Source: Eledone cirrhosa (taxonomy: Eukaryota). From it: 64,000 bases of DNA. Where the stretch lies: positions 36,001 to 100,000 of the forward strand of contig CAXHJY010000793.1 of assembly GCA_964016885.1 (NCBI GenBank), written 5' to 3'. The first letter of the stretch is position 1. The number at the start of each line of letters is the position of its first letter. The position numbers and the translations under genes are program-made. This document shows positions 59,001 through 64,000 of the stretch, piece after piece. The notes under the pieces were generated by a model. That model was given only the letters and a program-made list of their open reading frames with translations. It did not search any database and was not told the DNA's origin.

Positions 59001-62000
59001 CATGTGTGACACTCTACCAATTACTGTCAGTCTACTGCCCTAGACATGTGTGACACTACCAATTACTGTCAGTCCACTGCCCTAGACATGTGACACTCTA
59101 CCAATTACTGTCAATCCACTGCCCTAGACATGTGTGACACTCTACCAATTACTGTCAGTCCACAGCCCTAGACATGTGTGACACTCTACCAATTACTGTC
59201 AGTCCACTGCCCTAGACATGTGTGACACTCTACCAATTACTGTCAACCCACTGCCCTAGACATGTGTGACACTCTACCAATTACTGTCAATCCACTGCCC
59301 TAGACATGTGTGACACTCTACCAATTACTGTCAGTCCACCGCCCTAGACATGTGTGACACTCTACCAATTACTGTCAACCCACTGCCCTAGACATGTGTG
59401 ACACTCTACCAATTACTGTCAATCCACCGCCCTAGACATGTGACACTCTACCAATTACTGTCAATCCACTGCCCTAGACATGTGTGACACTCTACCAATT
59501 ACTGTCAATCCACTGCCCTAGACATGTGACACTCTACCAATTACTGTCAATCCACTGCCCTAGACATGTGTGACACTCTACCAATTACTGTCAGTCTACT
59601 GCCCTAGACATGTGTGACACTCTACCAATTACTGTCACTCCACTGCCCTAGACATGTGTGACACTCTACCAATTACTGTCAATCCACTGCCCTAGACATG
59701 TGTGACACTCTACCAATTACTGTCAATCCACTGCCGTAGACATTTGTGACACTCTACCAATTACTGTCAATCCACTGCCCTAGACATGTGTGACACTCTA
59801 CCAATTACTGTCAATCCACTGCCGTAGACATGTGTGACACTCTACCAATTACTGTCAATCCACTGCCCTAGACATGTGTGACACTCTACCAATTACTGTC
59901 AGTCCACTGCCCTAGACATGTGTGACACTCTACCAATTACTGTCAATCCACTGCCCTAGACATGTGTGACACTCTACCAATTACTGTCAATCCACCGCCC
60001 TAGACATGTGTGACACTCTACCAATTACTGTCAATCCACCACCCTAGACATGTGTGACACTCTACCAATTACTGTCAATCCACTGCCCTAGACATGTGTG
60101 ACACTCTACCAATTACTGTCAGTCCACTGCCCTAGACATGTGTGACACTCTACCAATTACTGTCAATCCACTGCCCTAGACATGTGTGACACTCTACCAA
60201 TTACTGTCAGTCTACTGCCCTAGACATGTGTGACACTCTACCAATTACTGTCAGTCCACTGCCCTAGACATGTGTGACACTCTACCAATTACTGTCAATC
60301 CACCGCCCTAGACATGTGTGACACTCTACCAATTACTGTCAATCCACTGCCCTAGACATGTGTGACACTCTACCAATTACTGTCAATCCACTGCCCTAGA
60401 CATGTGTGACACTCTACCAATTACTGTCAATCCACTGCCCTAGACATGTGTGACACTCTACCAATTACTGTCAATCCACCGCCCTAGACATGTGTGACAC
60501 TCTACCAATTACTGTCAATCCACTGCCCTAGACATGTGTGACGCTCTACCAATTACTGTCAGTCCACTGCCCTAGATATGTGTGACACTCTACCAATTAC
60601 TGTCAATCCACTGCCCTAGACATGTGTGACACTCTACCAATTACTGTCAATCCACCGCCCTAGACATGTGTGACACTCTACCAATTACTGTCAACCCACC
60701 GCCCTAGACATGTGTGACACTCTACCAATTACTGTCAACCCACTGCCCTAGACATGTGTGACACTCTACCAATTACTGTCAATCCACCGCCCTAGACATG
60801 TGACACTCTACCAATTACTGTCAATCCACTGCCCTAGACATGTGTGACACTCTACCAATTACTGTCAACCCACTGCCCTAGACACGTGTGACACTCTACC
60901 AATTACTGTCAGTCCACTGCCCTAGACATGTGTGACACTCTACCAATTACTCTTAGTCCACCGCCCTAGACATGTGTGACACTCTACCAATTACTGTCAG
61001 TCCACTGCCCTAGACATGTGTGACACTCTACCAATTACTGTCAATCCACTGCCCTAGACATGTGTGACACTCTACCAATTACTGTCAGTCCACTGCCCTA
61101 GACATGTGTGACACTCTACCAATTACTGTCAGTCCACTGCCCTAGACATGTGTGACACTCTACCAATTACTGTCAATCCACTGCCCTAGACATGTGTGAC
61201 ACTCTACCAATTACTGTCAATCCACTGCCCTAGACATGTGTGACACTCTACCAATTACTGTCAGTCCACTGCCCTAGACATGTGTGACACTCTACCAATT
61301 ACTGTCAGTCCACTGCCCTAGACATGTGTGACACTCTACCAATTACTGTCAATCCACCGCCCTAGACATGTGTGACACTCTACCAATTACTGTCAATCCA
61401 CTGCCCTAGACATGTGTGACACTCTACCAATTACTGTCAATCCACTGCCCTAGACATGTGACACTCTACCAATTACTGTCAATCCACTGCCCTAGACATG
61501 TGTGACACTCTACCAATTACTGTCAGTCTACTGCCCTAGACATGTGTGACACTCTACCAATTACTGTCACTCCACCGCCCTAGACATGTGTGACACTCTA
61601 CCAATTACTGTCAATCCACTGCCGTAGACATGTGTGACACTCTACCAATTACTGTCAATCCACTGCCCTAGACATGTGTGACACTCTACCAATTACTGTC
61701 AATCCACTGCCCTAGACATGTGTGACACTCTACCAATTACTGTCAATCCACTGCCCTAGACATGTGTGACACTCTACCAATTACTGTCAATCCACTGCCC
61801 TAGACATGTGTGACACTCTACCAATTACTGTCAGTCCACTGCCCTAGACATGTGTGACACTCTACCAAGTACTGTCAATCCACTGCCCTAGACATGTGTG
61901 ACACTCTACCAATTACTGTCAATCCACTGCCCTAGACATGTGTGACACTCTACCAATTACTGTCAGTCTACTGCCCTAGACGTGTGTGACACTCTACCAA

Positions 62001-64000
62001 TTACTGTCAATCCACCGCCCTAGACATGTGTGACACTCTACCAATTACTGTCAATCCACTGCCCTAGACATGTGTGACACTCTACCAATTACTGTCAATC
62101 CACTGCCCTAGACATGTGTGACACTCTACCAATTACTGTCAGTCTACTGCCCTAGACATGTGTGACACTCTACCAATTACTGTCACTCCACCGCCCTAGA
62201 CATGTGTGACACTCTACCAATTACTGTCAATCCACTGCCGTAGACATGTGTGACACTCTACCAATTACTGTCAATCCACTGCCCTAGACATGTGTGACAC
62301 TCTACCAATTACTGTCAATCCACTGCCCTAGACATGTGTGACACTCTACCAATTACTGTCAATCCACTGCCCTAGACATGTGTGACACTCTACCAATTAC
62401 TGTCAATCCACTGCCCTAGACATGTGTGACACTCTACCAATTACTGTCAGTCCACTGCCCTAGACATGTGTGACACTCTACCAAGTACTGTCAATCCACT
62501 GCCCTAGACATGTGTGACACTCTACCAATTACTGTCAATCCACTGCCCTAGACATGTGTGACACTCTACCAATTACTGTCAATCCACTGCCCTAGACATG
62601 TCTGACACTCTACCAATTACTGTCAACCCACTGCCCTAGACATGTGTGACACTCTACCAATTACTGTCAATCCACTGCCCTAGACATGTGTGACACTCTA
62701 CCAATTACTGTCAATCCACTGCCCTAGACATGTCTGACACTCTACCAATTACTGTCAACCCACTGCCCTAGACATGTGTGACACTCTACCAATTACTGTC
62801 AATCCACCGCCCTAGACATGTGTGACACTCTACCAATTACTGTCAATCCACTGCCCTAGACATGTGTGACACTCTACCAATTACTGTCAGTCTACTGCCC
62901 TAGACATGTGTGACACTCTACCAATTACTGTCAATCCACTGCCCTAGACATGTGTGACACTCTACCAATTACTGTCAGTCCACTGCCCTAGATATGTGTG
63001 ACATTCTACCAATTACTGTCAATCCACTGCCTCAGACATTTGTGACACTCTACCAATTACTGTCAGTCCACTGCCCTAGATATGTGTGACACTCTACCAA
63101 TTACTGTCAATCCACTGCCCTAGACATGTGACACTCTACCAATTACTGTCAATCCACCGCCCTAGACATGTGTGACACTCTACCAATTACTGTCAATCCA
63201 CTGCCCTAGACATGTGTGACACTCTACCAATTACTGTCAACCCTCCGCCCTAGACATGTGTGACACTCTACCAATTACTGTCAACCCACTGCCCTAGACA
63301 TGTGTGACACTCTACCAATTACTGTCAATCCACCGCCCTAGACATGTGTGACACTCTACCAATTACTGTCAATCCACCGCCCTAGACATGTGTGACACTC
63401 TACCAATTACTGTCAACCCACTGCCCTAGACATGTGTGACACTCTACCAATTACTGTCAATCCACCGCCCTAGACATGTGTGACACTCTACCAATTACTG
63501 TCAACCCACCGCCCTAGACATGTGTGACACTCTACCAATTACTGTCAACCCACTGCCCTAGACATGTGTGACACTCTACCAATTACTGTCAATCCACCTG
63601 CCCTAGACATGTGACACTCTACCAATTACTGTCAATCCACTGCCCTAGACATGTGTGACACTCTACCAATTACTGTCAACCCACTGCCCTAGACATGTGT
63701 GACACTCTACCAATTACTGTCAATCCACTGCCCTAGACATGTGTGACACTCTACCAATTACTGTCAGTCCACTGCCCTAGACATGTGTGACACTCTACCA
63801 ATTACTGTCAGTCCACTGCCCTAGACATGTGTGACACTCTACCAATTACTGTCAATCCACTGCCCTAGACATGTGTGACACTCTACCAATTACTGTCAAT
63901 CCACTGCCCTAGACATGTGTGACACTCTACCAATTACTGTCAATCCACTGCCCTAGACATGTGTGACACTCTACCAATTACTGTCAATCCACTGCCCTAG
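56100..64000. repeat. Further, slightly rearranged copy of about 46800-54436 (offset 9,344, then 9,564)
   Basis: CTCGAC 48114/57458 (offset 9344). CCACAGCC 49600/59164, CTTAG 51388/60952 and AACCCTCCG 53680/63244 (offset 9564). The 220-bp shift equals a net gain of five monomers near 58,350-58,700. Confidence 0.88.

Larger units (their letters stand above)
1..64000. repeat. Tandem satellite array, 44-bp monomer (ACCAATTACTGTCAATCCACTGCCCTAGACATGTGTGACACTCT), about 1,450-1,460 copies, single orientation, extends beyond both window edges
   Basis: ACCAATTACT recurs at 1, 45, 89 and onward with period 44 to the end of the window. Most monomers differ from consensus by 0-2 substitutions, mainly at monomer positions 15 (A/G/C), 16 (T/C), 18 (C/T) and 21 (T/C). 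Recurrent length variants are 42 bp (loss of one TG) and 40 bp (loss of 4 bp in GACACTCTAC). Copy number is estimated as 64000/44. Confidence 0.99.

Noticed and set aside
63591-63606. 1-bp insertion AATCCACCTGCCC (and 1-bp deletion AATCCCTGCCC near 28823) as new monomer types
   Set aside because: These are singletons absent from sister copies. CCACCTG merges the CCACCG and CCACTG alleles, so it is most likely a consensus error.
1-64000. CRISPR array (44-bp repeat is within CRISPR repeat size range)
   Set aside because: The monomers abut directly with no unique spacers. Variation is limited to a few SNPs and short indels, and there is no leader or cas gene.
1-64000. Giant repeat-protein gene or a coding region on the minus strand
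   Set aside because: 44 is not a multiple of 3, so every frame cycles into stops (TAG/TGA on +; TAG/TGA/TAA on -). The ORF track shows no other ORF.
1-64000. Variant order as an information-storing code or diversity-generating cassette system
   Set aside because: The order is explained by nested in-register duplications and deletions of an ancestral series. There is no recombinase, reverse transcriptase, acceptor locus or foreign insert in the window.
1-64000. Telomerase-synthesised telomeric repeat
   Set aside because: Multi-kb blocks share inherited rare variants, which indicates recombination or replication-based amplification rather than copying from one RNA template. The unit is also longer than typical telomerase repeats.
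1-64000. Rolling-circle or sequencing concatemer artefact of one 44-mer
   Set aside because: Rare variants recur at exact multi-kb offsets and in conserved order at several nested scales, which random errors on a single template would not produce. Copy numbers of individual blocks may still be misassembled.

Overview
The whole 64,000-bp window is one uninterrupted head-to-tail tandem array of a 44-bp monomer. The consensus is ACCAATTACTGTCAATCCACTGCCCTAGACATGTGTGACACTCT (12 A, 14 C, 6 G, 12 T; about 45% GC). There are about 1,450-1,460 copies, all in one orientation, and the array runs off both window edges. I see no credible gene, RNA gene, transposon, CRISPR spacer or unique flanking DNA. 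The single ORF is a by-product of five 42-bp variant monomers. The information lies in rare monomer variants, which act as barcodes for nested higher-order repeats. These include a 102-monomer 4,452-bp unit x3, a ~4.9-5.0-kb duplication, a ~12.3-kb block repeated at offset 15,298, a 69-monomer 3,022-bp tandem duplication across that junction, and a further copy at offset 9,344/9,564. All are built from reshuffled pieces of one older ordered series of variant monomers. This looks like a eukaryotic satellite or very large minisatellite, but the organism and function cannot be read from the sequence. I found no evidence of a new coded biological system. One cluster of indels (about 27,095-27,310) looks like a consensus or polishing artefact.
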